A stretch of DNA of 64,000 bases from Phyllobates terribilis (Eukaryota): positions 389,174,001 to 389,238,000 of the forward strand of contig NW_027362767.1 of NCBI RefSeq assembly GCF_046119375.1, in the 5' to 3' direction. Under the pieces are notes generated by a model, which made no database searches, was not told where the DNA came from, and was given only the letters and a program-made list of their open reading frames with translations. The position numbers were made by a program, and so were the translations under genes. Shown here piece after piece: positions 50,041 through 61,332 of the stretch. Within the stretch, counting starts at the first letter, position 1; each line of letters opens with the position of its first letter.

Positions 50041-51789
50041 ATAAAATGAAACTGGCTCATTGCATTATGGGAACTTCCGATTCCGGTATACGATATTGCA
50101 AAAGTATCGGAATTAATATCGGAATTCCGATACCGCGAATATCGGCCGATACCCGATATTTCAGTATCGGAATGTTCAACACTACTTACGATGTATCTAG
50201 TACTAATATGCTTTTCATTATTTGCTATGTACAGTAAAAACAAGATGCTAAATTATTTTTGTCATGTCATCCCCTGCTTTGTCTAGTAGAAACCAACTGA
50301 TTCTAACTTTTTCCCTCTTCTGATGATGATTGCCAACAGTCCTCGTGGTGTTAGTTATGGTAGCTGGAGTTTACATTGGAACTAGGGATGAATGAATAAG
50401 TTTGTAAAACCCAGGTCCAATGGCCACAACAGCTTTCCTTATCTGTTGGACGGGAGCCTTGTGAACAGCCTACTTCTTACTGAAATTTTTCGATTGCTAA
50501 ATGAATGCCATATGGATGACAATACAGGTGCAAAGTCATCGTGTTTGAAAATTAAATTACTTTTTATATATGGTGGTGTGAAATTAGCATTAAAGGGGTA
50601 TAGTAGCCAGAAGATTTAAGCATCTATCTACTGGGTAGATAAAAAATGCCTCATTGATAAATCTGATGACTGGGACTAAAAATGATCCCCATCCCTCCTT
50701 CTCCGAGCTGTAAGCTTTAAGTTAGTCGGACCCCACTGATTTAATAGTTATAAGTGGATACATGACAAATGTTTATGGCTGGAATACCATTTTAACATGT
50801 ACTGTTAAACTCCATCTGAACGCGGAAACAATGGCTTCCTATAACATTTCAGGTATTTCCCACAATATAAGAATTCTTAGAATTAGGATTTTTAGGATTA
50901 ACTTTCTATTCAATGAACTACATATATACACTGAACACAGTAAGAAGAGACGCTGAGATGAAGATAAGAAGAATAGAGTTTCGCACCTGATCAGCTATGG
51001 GATATAACATGCGTGAGGAGTAATACAGTATTCTCCATGACTTCTCCGGATTCACATTCTGTGAAGGAATGAATCTAATATTTCAGAGCTTGTTAAAGGA
51101 AAAGTATTCATACTGGGTTGCAATCTCCCTAAAAGGTCTGGACTGCTCCAAGGTTGAAAATCACTTAAAGATCCAAACTCAAACACTTTATGACTTTACA
51201 CTGGACTTCTGACATGTGTTAGAGGGAAATCTCCATTCTACATTTATTGATATGTGTAGAAAGGGAAGTTCTCACCTCTCCAGCCATAAGACGTCTTTTA
51301 CTTGTAGATCAGATTGTAGTATTTTCTTAAAAGGGGGGATTCAATCTAAGATTCACATTACATGTTACTACATAAGAGTAGACTTATTTAACAACATTGG
51401 TCTCTGCATGAAGCCTCCCTACATAATAATACTTTTAGTATGGGACAATTTTTCATCTTTGTTCTTTTATTTTTTCCCTTGGAATATAGAGCAAGGAAAA
51501 AGAGAGAGCACCAGGTATCCAGCGGATCTTCATTAAAATATAGCTTTTATTAGAAACATATAAAAGCAGCCATGTCACAAGGACAACACACGGAGTACTA
51601 ATCCACAGAGCATGGTAGTCCGGGTGATTACTAACGGGTGAGCTGATATTTTTTCCCTCTCCCTCTTCCCGTTTATTTTTTCCCACCCTTCTTCCAAGAG
51701 CCATATATTTTTTATATTTCCATCAACATAGCTGATGTTTTTTTTTCTTTTTTTAAGGATGAGCTGCAGTTTTGAAGTACACTATACAC

Positions 51790-52620
51790 TTTACCATTAA
51801 ATATACTGAAAAATGTGGAACAAATTCCAAGCGGATTGAAATTGGAAAAATAAAACAGCCACCCTGCTGTTATATTTTGGGCTTTGTTTTTACAAAGTTC
51901 AATTTACAGTATATGTTACCTAGTAGCTTAGTTCTATGAGACAGTGAGGTTCTAGTAACTTAAATTAAAAAAAAAACTCGCAAAAAAAGTTGCTGTTTGT
52001 CTCCATATTCTAAATGCCATAACTTTCATTTTTTTGGGTGAAAAAAGTTGTATTAAGTCTTAAATTGTTGCATAACTTTTATTTGTACCAATTTGTGATC
52101 TATAAGACTTTTTGATCTCTTTTTAACATTTTCAATATATTTTTTGGAAGGTGACATGACCAAAAAACAGCAACTCTGCCATTTTAGTGTTTACGGTATG
52201 AGTTAAATAATTTTATATTTTATCAGTTTGGACGAATTAGTATCAAATATGTTATTTTTTTGCAAATTTCACTATTTGTTTCATGGGAAAAAGGATATAA
52301 TTTAAACTTTTAGATTTGTTGCTTTTTTTTAGCATTTTTTTTTTTAATTTATGTTATAATTTTTATTAGTCCCCCTAGGGGACTTGAACCTGCAAATGCT
52401 TAATCGCCCATACAATAGCCTGTAATACTATTGTATTGCAGTGTACTGTATACTTACCATAAAAAAAGAACTTCCCCTATTCCTAACCTGCTCAATGCCA
52501 TTCTTACTGTTGACAGTGCCATCTAAGATGTTAACCTATTAGCACCACTGCAATTACTCTATGCCTTATACAGCCGTCAAATTCGTGGCATGGAGCCACA
52601 ATTACTGTGGATATCGTAGG
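51790..52620. mobile_element. Highly degraded interspersed-repeat remnant, resembling the interior of common frog TTAA-target non-autonomous DNA elements
   Basis: Recollection-level similarity only (ctccatattctaaatgccataacttt; ttagtccccctagggacttgaacc). No termini found. Confidence 0.25.
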
Positions 52621-53229
52621 GGGTTGAAAGCTTGCCAAATCCCCTAATCATAGCAGGATTATTCAACAACTATTGTATATGGGGTGTTCCCAACAGACGG
52701 GGTCCTCTGAGAGGAGATGTTGGGGGAGAGACGGGTCAGACAGATTCAATTATTTGGCCTGATCCTTTAAAAACTGCAGATAGAGGTGTCCATATGAATG
52801 GTATATAGTAGATTCAGAGAAGGCAGCTATTAACCTATATTTATTTAAGTTGTTCGCGAATAGAGATGAGCGGTGTTCGACTCGAACTGTTCGCCAATCT
52901 CAAATTCGAGCTGCTTTGGGCGGTGTTCGAGCCGTTCGGCGAACACGAACGATTTGAAAAAAATTCGGCTGTTCGAGGTTATGTTCGATAACTGTTCGTG
53001 CACCAAAATCATAACTGGATTTTTTTTCAGTAATGCTGAAAATTAATGTTAATACGCAGTTTGAGTGTACAGCGGGGTGGGGGAAGGGTAGGGGATGGAT
53101 CTCTGCAGGAATAATGAAGATCTCCATTTTTTTTTCTCTTTCCCGCATTTACAGTGGGGAGGTGCAATCTGTCAGCCTATCAACAGCGCACACACGGAGC
53201 GAAGTGCTTTTTTTCACACAAGCAAGGGC

Positions 53230-53305
53230 ATGTGTCATTGGCAGTGTATGTCACATGTCCTTGCCCTATAAGACCCAGCCATTTTCCCAGTCGCCACCAT
53301 TTTCT
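53230..53305 (+). promoter_or_regulatory. Putative promoter of hAT element D
   Basis: Inverted CCAAT (cattgg, 53236), ctataag (53266) and two YY1-like ccatttt motifs upstream of the transposase ATG. Motif match only. Confidence 0.3.
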
Positions 53306-53774
53306 CACTGCTGCAGCTGCTTGTTAGACGGCACCGCTGTTGCTGTGTGCGCTATACTTTGTTAATTTCAAGCCAATTTTCGCACAAATCTACAGATAGC
53401 TTGGGAGTAGGGAAAGTTGTGATTGCAGTCCTTTTAAGGACTAGGTTACATCATTTCATACAACTTTTATCAGGCAGGTCTGTGCTCTTAAATAGATAGG
53501 TTGGGATTAAAGACTAATTGTAATTGCAGTCATTTTCAGGGCTAGGTTACATCAGTTCCTATCACTTTTTGCCAGGCAGATCTGTGCCAGTGCTGTGCCA
53601 GTTTTTTTCACAGCATTTGGGCAAATCTAGCAAAGCAAATCCTTTTTGGCCTATTGCAGAGTGTGTTAGTCAGTGGAGTAGCCTATCTGTGTTGCAAGCT
53701 ACACCACTTGTGTATAGAATACAATTTTTTTTACTGCACCTAGTGAAGTAAAACCTTTTGGGCATAGCATCATT

Positions 53775-54058
53775 CTATTAGTCCATCTATACTAACCTCC
53801 ACCAGGGTGCAAATTAAAAATATTTTTTTTCTGCATCTTGCTCTGAAAAAATATTTCAGCTTCTAGCAGTGTGTGGGACTTGGTCTATTAGTCCATCTAT
53901 ACTGACCTCCATCAGGTTGCAAATTCAATATAATTTTTTTCTGCATCTAGCTCTGAAAAAATATTTGGGCTTCTAGCAGTGTGTGGGACTTGGTCTATTA
54001 GTCCATCTATACTGACCTCCATCAGGTTGCAAATTCAATATAATTTTTTTCTGCATCT
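53775..54058. repeat. 110-bp tandem repeat, about 2.6 copies, upstream of the transposase ATG
   Basis: ctattagtccatctatact occurs at 53775, 53885 and 53995. Confidence 0.92.
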
Positions 54059-54175
54059 AACGCAGCCAATACTTTTGGCCTAATACCACAGTTTGGCCTC
54101 TCAGCTCTGCTCGGTTCCCATCCATTGTTTTTTTGTGCAAACAACTCCAGAGTTGTGAATTAGTTAACCACCAAA

Positions 54176-57100
54176 ATGAGTGGAAAAAGGCCTGCTGCTG
54201 GTGGAAAGGGGAATAGGCGTGTTGGGAAGGGGAAAAAAGGTTGTGTCCGTGGAGTAGGTGTTAAAGCAACAGTAACATCTGCAGAAGAAAGACCGTCTTC
54301 CAGCCAAACTAAAATGTCTACTTCTTTTAGCTGACAATGTGATAAGATCCCTTTCTTACGGCCGCGCCAATCGCTACAAATTCTAGATGAGGCACAAAAA
54401 CAGCAGGTGCTTCAACGGATATCAAGTGCTCCTTTAAGTGGGCTCTCCTGCACCTCAACTTCAACATCACAAATACTCCAGTCCTCAGAGGTGTCACCCC
54501 AATCGCACTTGCTTCTGTAACATACCTGACGGCGTCCTTGCATGGTGGTCCATCTCCCACTGTGCAAGAGCGCGCACTTGATCTCCAGTCCAGAATGTCT
54601 CTCTGGCTTCCCTCCATGCTGTCTGTTTGTGTCTGTTTCTGCTGCTTAAGGGCGGCGCCCGATCACTTCCTGCTTTTTGTACCTGCTGTGGGTCACACCC
54701 CTTGTGCGTCCTCAGCCTATTGCTGTCTGTCACCTGGTATATAGCTCAGCTGCTCCCATCTATCCCTGCCTGAGCATAGTGTTTCATTCAGTGTGTGCTT
54801 GCACTCTGAAGGTGCCAGGTCCCGTTCTTTGTCTCCTGCTTTGCGGTATCAGTTCCCGTGTCTGAACTGAGTCCTGTCTATGTCTCCTGCCTTGCGGTAT
54901 CAGTTCCCGTGTCTGAACTGAGTCCTGTCTATGTCTCCTGCCTTGCGGTATCAGTTCCCGTGTCTGAACTGAGTCCTGTCTGTGTTCTCTTGTCTGCCTA
55001 TCCTGGAGGCTGTATTTCCAGGCCTGTCTGAACACGCTCCTAGCCTGTTCCTCCCGCCTTCTATGGGCCGATTACCTAGATCCGTTCCTGTATCTTGTCT
55101 GTCCTGTCTGAACACGCTCTTAACCTGTTCCTCCCGCCTTCTAGGGGTCGATTACCTAGATCCGTTCCTGTATCTTGTCTGTCCTGTCTGAACACGCTCC
55201 TAGCCTGTTCCTCCCGCCTTCTAGGGGCCGATTATCTAGACCCGCTCCTGTATCTTGTCTGTCCTGTCTGAACACGCTCCTTGCCTGTTCGTCCCGCCTC
55301 TCTGGGGGTCGTATTCCCAGACCCGCTCCTGTATCCCTCTGCAGTGTCGGTCTCCTCCGTACACTCAGTTCCAGTCTGAACTCTCTCCTATCCTTTACCT
55401 GTTTTGCCTCTATGTCCGTTCCCTTCCTTTTTCTGCAGAGTCTGAACTCGTACCTACTCCTGCTTGTTGTCTCTGTACTCCCGTTTGTGAGTTTGTGGTT
55501 CACTCGCTACTTCACTGCAAGTACCCTGTGGGTATCTGGCTCTGTCTTTCTCTTCCTGTCTGTTCCGTGTGAACAGAGCCCTGTCCTCCCTGCTCCGGCT
55601 CCTTTGCTCACCGCTCCGGCGGTTCTAGCCTGCTCTGGCTCCTTTGCTCACCGCTCCGGCGGTTCTAGCCTGCTCTGACTCCTTTGCTCACCGCTCCGGC
55701 GGTTCTAGCCTGCTCTGACTCCTCTGCTCACCGCTCCGGCGGTTCTAGCCTTCTCTGACTCCTTTGCTCACCGCTCCGGCAGTTCTAGCCTGCTCTGACT
55801 CCTTTGCTCGCTGCTCCGGCAGCCTTGATCCGCTCTTACCCTTTTGCTCACTGCTCCGGCAGTCTCGCTCCGCTCTTATCCTTTTGCTTACTGCTCCGGC
55901 AGTCTTGCTCCTCTCTTGCTCACCGCTCCAGGCGGTCTCGTCCTGCTTTACTCTTGCTCACTGCTCCGGCAGTCTCGCTCAGCTCTGACCCTTTGCTCAC
56001 CGCTCCTGGCGGCCTTGTCCTGCTCTACTCTTGCTCACCGCTCCATGCGGTCTTGTCCTGCCCTGGTTTCGCTCACCTCTCTGGGCGGCCTCACTCTGCT
56101 GTGTTTGTCCGCCACATCTGTGGTTCTGTTCCTGAGTCCCAGTGTGTACTGGGTCCTATCCCGCCAGTGTTCCTACCTGCTAGTGCCTCCCTGTCTGCAC
56201 TCTAGCTGTGCTTGCCTGTACCCCTCTGCCTGTATTGTTCCTGAGTCCCAGTGTGTACTGGGTCCTATCCCGCCTGTGTTCCTACCTGCTAGTGCCTCCC
56301 TGTCTGCACTCTAGCTGTGCTTGTCTGTACCCCCCTGCCTGCATACCCGCCTGCCTGCATGCCAGTCGTGCCTGCCTATACCCACCAGTCTGTGCGCCAG
56401 CCTAACCAGCCTGTTCCTGTATTCCCCTGTGTGGGTCAACAGCCGTGTCCGGGGTCTGTCCTGGAGTAGCACCTGGTCCCTCTGCTCGGTTCCTCCTTGG
56501 TGCACTGGCGTTGTATGCCGTCGTGCGACCATGGTCGGATCGGGTGAATACCTAGTTACGCCCCTCCAGGCATTCACTCTCCGGCACGGTCCAGTGGAAC
56601 CACTACTCCCGCACACGCCAGTCAGTCCGGGCGTGTGCATAACAGCTTCCTCACAGCTCCCAAGTCTCCAGCTGCCCGTCTGAGTATGGGGTAGAACAGA
56701 TGGTTGAGTCGGCAGAGCTGTTTACTCATACTATAGCCTGGGAATCAGAGGTCGGCTCCAGAGCTTCTGTGAATCCAGACAAGGAAATGATCTGCACTGA
56801 TGCCCAGAATCTTTATGAGTCAGATCCAGGACCAGACGCTGAAGGTTCTGACCATAATGTAGACCCTCGTTCCCAAACTGTAACTCCTGTTGGTGGAGAC
56901 AATGAGGAAGACGATGATGAGACTCAAATACCTGATTGGAGTGACAACTTTAGTCTTTTGTCAGGGCAGTAACAGGTTGGCTCTGAGGACGACGGGAGTG
57001 ATAACCCACAGGGTGATGATGATGAGGTTGGAGATCCCACTTACTGTCAACCCACAGTCAGCCAGTCGATGAGGTCAGCAGAGGAGGTGGAGGAGGATGC

Positions 57101-58765
57101 TAGTGACGACGATGTCAGGTTGCACCTTCCTGGACAGAGACGTAGTACTGGAAGCACGTCAACAACTGCATCCTCAAACACAACTCTGCCTCTGACCACA
57201 AGTCGTGGTGGCTCTTCAGGTCGCATGGGTGCTAAGCCTTGCATAGCCTGGGCATTTTTTCAGATCGATAAAGATGACCCAACTCGTGTTATCTGTAACA
57301 TTTGTCAGAAAAAGCTAAGTAGAGGCCAAAAAATACATAGTTTGAGTACTTCATGCATGAACCGGCACATGGACATGAAGCATAAGTTGCAGTGGGAAGC
57401 TCACTGTGCTACAATGTGGCCTAGCCGGCCGGGCCAACCACCGTCTGCCACATCTTGTGCATCCGCAGCCTCTTCATCCTCTGTGACTAGGGGGACAGCA
57501 GTCACACCTGTTTTGGGACGCAGACCTGCCACCTCTTTACCCGCAACAGCCAGCGTGATTGGCAGGTCATCATTTCCTTTGGATGTGGTAGCACCAGCTG
57601 GTGTTCAGCGCTGTCCGACATCGATAGCACCACCTTTGGATCAAGGCAACCTAACATGTCCGCCTGCATCTTCCTCACAGACCGGCAGCTTGCCGGGGAC
57701 ACCCTTCTCAACCCCGTCTAAGCACAACAGCCAGCCCTCGGTCCCTCAGATGTGGACAAGTAAAAGACCATTTCCTTCTAGCCATGAGAAAGCTAAGAGG
57801 TTGAATTTCACCAACTGCAAGCTCTTGGCTACACAAATGCTTCCTTTCCGCCTGGTGGACCCAGAGGATTTTTGAGACCTTATGTTCGTCGCAGTGCCCC
57901 AGTACCAGATGCCCAGTTGGCACTACTTCTCAAAGAAAGGTGTGCCTGCGCTCCACCAGCATGTCGCACACAACATCACCGTTTCTTTGAGAAACTCTGT
58001 GTGTGACAGGGTGCATTTCACCACAGACACTTGGACGAGTAGGCATGGACAGGGGCGTTACATGTCGCTGACTGGGCACTGGGTAACTATGGTGACTGCA
58101 GGACAAGGGGCTGCTGTCCAAGTCTTGCTGTCTCCACGAGTTGTGCGTCAATCCTCTTTATCTCAAAGTTCCTCCACTGCTTCTGCCTCCTCAACCTCTT
58201 CTCAGTCCTCCACCTGCACCCAAAGCCTGTCTGGTCATGCCACAAGCTTTCTAACTGCACAGAAGGGATCCTGCACACCTCCTTTTTATGCTGGCAGCAG
58301 GGCTCAACGTCATCAGGCGGTTTTTACTTTGAAATGTCTGGGAAATGTGAGTCACACAGCTGAGGAGTTGTGGTCAGCTCTGGAGAACCAGTTTCATGAA
58401 TGGTTGTCTCCACTGGACCTGAAACCAGGGAAGGCCGTGTGCGACAATGCTGCAAACCTGGGTGCGGCCCTTCGCCGGGGCAATGTCACACACGTGCATT
58501 GTATGGCTCACGTGTTGAACCTGGTTGTCCAGCAATTTTTAGCCCACTATCCCAGACTAGATGGCCTTCTGCAGAGGGCACGGTCGCTGTGTGCTCACTT
58601 CCGCCGTTCGCATTCCGCAGCTCAGCGACTTACATCTCTACAGAAGTCGATGGGCCTGCCACTTCACCGGCTAAAATGTGATGTGCCTACCCGGTGGAAT
58701 TCAACTCTGCGCATGTTGCAGCGACTGTGGCAGCACCGACAAGCCCTGGTGCAATACGTTCTGAC
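54176..58765 (+). pseudogene. hAT (Ac-like) transposase pseudogene; about 818 codons reconstructable before truncation
   Basis: One frame after removing the LTR and one TSD copy. In-frame stops at 54332, 56970 and 57873. Motifs: BED finger (AWAFF...CNICQKKL...MNRHMDMKH), FTTDTW, VCDNAANL, CMAHVLNL and DVPTRWNS. The catalytic E and dimerisation domain are not in the window. Confidence 0.93.
54516..56644 (+). mobile_element. 2129-bp probable solo LTR (Gypsy/BEL type) with internal tandem repeats
   Basis: TGT...ACA ends. 5-bp TSD GCTTC at 54511-15 and 56645-49. Removal restores the transposase frame (SHLL|PHSSQ). TATA-like tatatag at about 54738. No gag/pol. Confidence 0.85.
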
Positions 58766-59116
58766 TAGTGTTGAGCGAGCACTAAAATGCTCGGGTGCTC
58801 GAAGCTCGGGCCGAGCTCGCCGTGATACTCGGGTGCTCGACCGGAGCAACGAGCCCAATCTTAATCTATGGGAGACTCGAGCATTTTTGCAGCGGCTCCC
58901 CCGGCAGTCTTTTAAAAGCCTAACAAGTGCCCAAAACGATAGTGACAGTGCTCAAATGACATGGGGACAGCATGGGGATCGCCCCATGAAGCATTTCTGA
59001 CCCCCAGGTCACTGCTGTCAACAACATGGTCAGAGGTATTAAGCCACTTTTACAGGCTCAAAATATAACGCTCAAAAACGAAAGTGAAAGTGCTTTCCTG
59101 TGAAATATGTTAAGGA
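58766..59116 (+). mobile_element. hAT family B terminus, inserted in the D transposase and itself interrupted at 59117
   Basis: TAGTGTTGAGCGAGCAC starts at 58766, where transposase homology ends. It is the reverse complement of 25020-25343. Confidence 0.88.
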
Positions 59117-59349
59117 TAGTGTTGAGCGATACCTTCCGATATCAGGAAATATTGTATCGGATTGGATCGGACCGATACCCAAAAAGTATCGGATATCGCC
59201 GATTCCGATACCGGAAACCAATGCAAGTCAATGGGACACAAATATCGGAATGAAAATAAACCCTTTCTTTCCTTGTAGGTTAATTCTACATGAAGTAAAA
59301 CAACTAAGAATAATGTAGAATGTATTACGCGAAAAGCCGGCAATTCAGC

Positions 59350-59905
59350 AGCGGCATACAACGGTACCCGACAATTTACAACAGTAAGAATAGAGCTTCA
59401 CACATAGATTAGATAGATAGAAACATGTAAGTCACATATATATGAAGTACAGTGACAGTGTTGCTTACTGTACTTGTCATTTAGTGTAAAAGATTTATTT
59501 AAAAAAATAATTGTGTTTTCATGCACTGTCTCTTTAAAAAAGCCGGCCGGCAATTCAGCTGCGGTACCCGACAATTTATAACAGACACAATAGAGCTTCA
59601 CACATAGATTAGATAGATAGAAACATGTCAGTCACATATATATGAAGTACAGTGACAGTGTTGCTTACTGAACTTGTCATTTAGTGTAAAGGATTTATTT
59701 AAAAATATAATAGTGTTTTCATGCACCGTCTCTTTAAAAAAGCCGGCCGGCAATTCAGCATCTGTACCCGACAATTTAGAATAGAAGGAATAGAGAATCA
59801 CACATAGATTAGATAGATAGAAACATGTCAGTCACATATATATGAAGTACAGTGACAGTGTTGATTACTGTACTTGTCATTTAGTGTTAAAATAAAGGAT
59901 TTATT
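59350..59905. repeat. 200-bp tandem array of A2, about 2.7 copies
   Basis: cccgacaattta occurs at 59367, 59567 and 59767. Confidence 0.92.
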
Positions 59906-60422
59906 AAAAAAAAAAATTGGCGTGGGGTTCCCCATAATTTTAGTCTCTAGCGGAGGTTAAGCAGATGGCTGAGGCAGATGTTTGAAGCCTGGGAAGGGGG
60001 TAATACCCACGGAGCTTCCCAGGCTACTAATATCAGCCCCCAGCTGAATACCTAGCCCTTACTAGCTATTAAAATGGGGGACCCCCTCAAAAAAATGACG
60101 TGGGGTCCCCCCTAATTTAATAGCTAGCAAAGGCTAGGCAGACAGCTGGGGGCTGATATTAATAGCCCAGGAAGGTTGCCATGAATATTGCCCCCCTCCC
60201 AGGCTAGAAACACCAGCCGTCAGCCGCCCCAGAAATGGCGCATCCATAGGATGCGCCAATTCTGGCACTTAGCCTCGCTCTTCCCACTGCCCTGTAGCGG
60301 TGGCAGTGGGGTAATAGGGTTGGGGTTGATGTCAGCTTATAATGCCAGCTGACATCAAGCCCAGGTTAGTAATGGAGAGGCGTCTATAAGACACCCCCAT
60401 TACTAACCCCATAGTCAAAGTT

Positions 60423-61332
60423 AAAAAAAAAAACACAAACACCCAGAATAAAGTCCTTTAATTGAAATAAACACACAATTCTTTATTGTTCTAAATTAAA
60501 CTCTACTTACCATCACGCCCATTCCAGCTGAAGCCAGCGATCTCCTGCAATAAAAGAAAAATAATAAACCAACCTCATCCTTACCTTTCCATGGTTCCCA
60601 GGACAGCTTCAGCTCTGCTACATCGAGATGACAGGCTGGACCGCAGCAGAACGCTGCCATCCAGCCTGTCATCCCGCAGACACTGAGAAGCGCAGGCATG
60701 CTTGCGCTCCTCAGTGTCTCTCTGTGACGGCATCCAGATGAGCCGAGTTCATGTCCAATGAACTCAGCTCACCTCATGCACGTCACTGACAGTGTGGGAG
60801 AATTCTCCTGCACTCAGCGCTTCAGCGTGAGAATTTTCCCACGCTGTCAGTGACGTGCATGAGGTGAGCTGAGTTCATTGGACATGACCTCACCTCATTC
60901 ACGTCACTGACAGCGTGGGAAAATTCTCACGCTGAAGCGCTGAGTGCAGGAGAAGTTTCCAACGCTGTCAGTGACGTGCATGAGGTGAGCCGAGTTCATT
61001 GGACATGACCTCGGCTCGTCTGGATGCCGTCACAGAGAGACACTGAGGAGCGCAAGCATGCCTGCGCTTCTCAGTGTCTGCGGGATGACAGGCTGGATGG
61101 CAGCGTTCTGCTGCGGTCCAGCCTGTAATCTCGATGTAGCAGAGCTGAAGCTGTCGTGGGAACCATGGAAAGGTAAGGATGAGGTTGCTTTATTATTTTT
61201 CTTTTATTGCAGGAGATCGTTGGCTTCAGCTGGAATGGGCGTGATGGTAAGTATGGTTTAATTTAGAACAATAAAGAATTGTGTGTTTATTTCAATTAAA
61301 GGACTTTTTTCTGGGTGTTGTGTTTTTTTTAA
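60423..61332. repeat. About 0.9-kb palindrome of A2
   Basis: Mirror ORFs 60496..60699(-) and 61058..61261(+); centre about 60878. Confidence 0.9.

Larger units (their letters stand above)
45033..50184 (-). mobile_element. 5152-bp non-autonomous hAT element (C) with family-A termini but different interior
   Basis: TIRs TAGTGTTGAGC / TAGTGTTGAAC. Exact 8-bp TSD CTTACGAT at 45025-45032 and 50185-50192. About 210 bp and about 125 bp of terminal sequence are shared with A1, in opposite orientation. Confidence 0.95.
52861..58765 (+). mobile_element. Formerly autonomous hAT element (family D); right part displaced beyond the window by nested insertions
   Basis: Ac-like terminus TAGAGATGAGCG at 52861 followed by many GTTCG/CGAAC subterminal motifs, then a promoter-like segment and the transposase frame. 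Confidence 0.85.

Noticed and set aside
50780-51420. Possible old LINE fragment
   Set aside because: No diagnostic motif could be read in any frame.
58766-59000. Last 78 residues of the 372-aa ORF 57882..59000 as a transposase C-terminus
   Set aside because: This is read-through into the inserted family-B terminus (starts at TAGTGTTGAGC), not transposase sequence.
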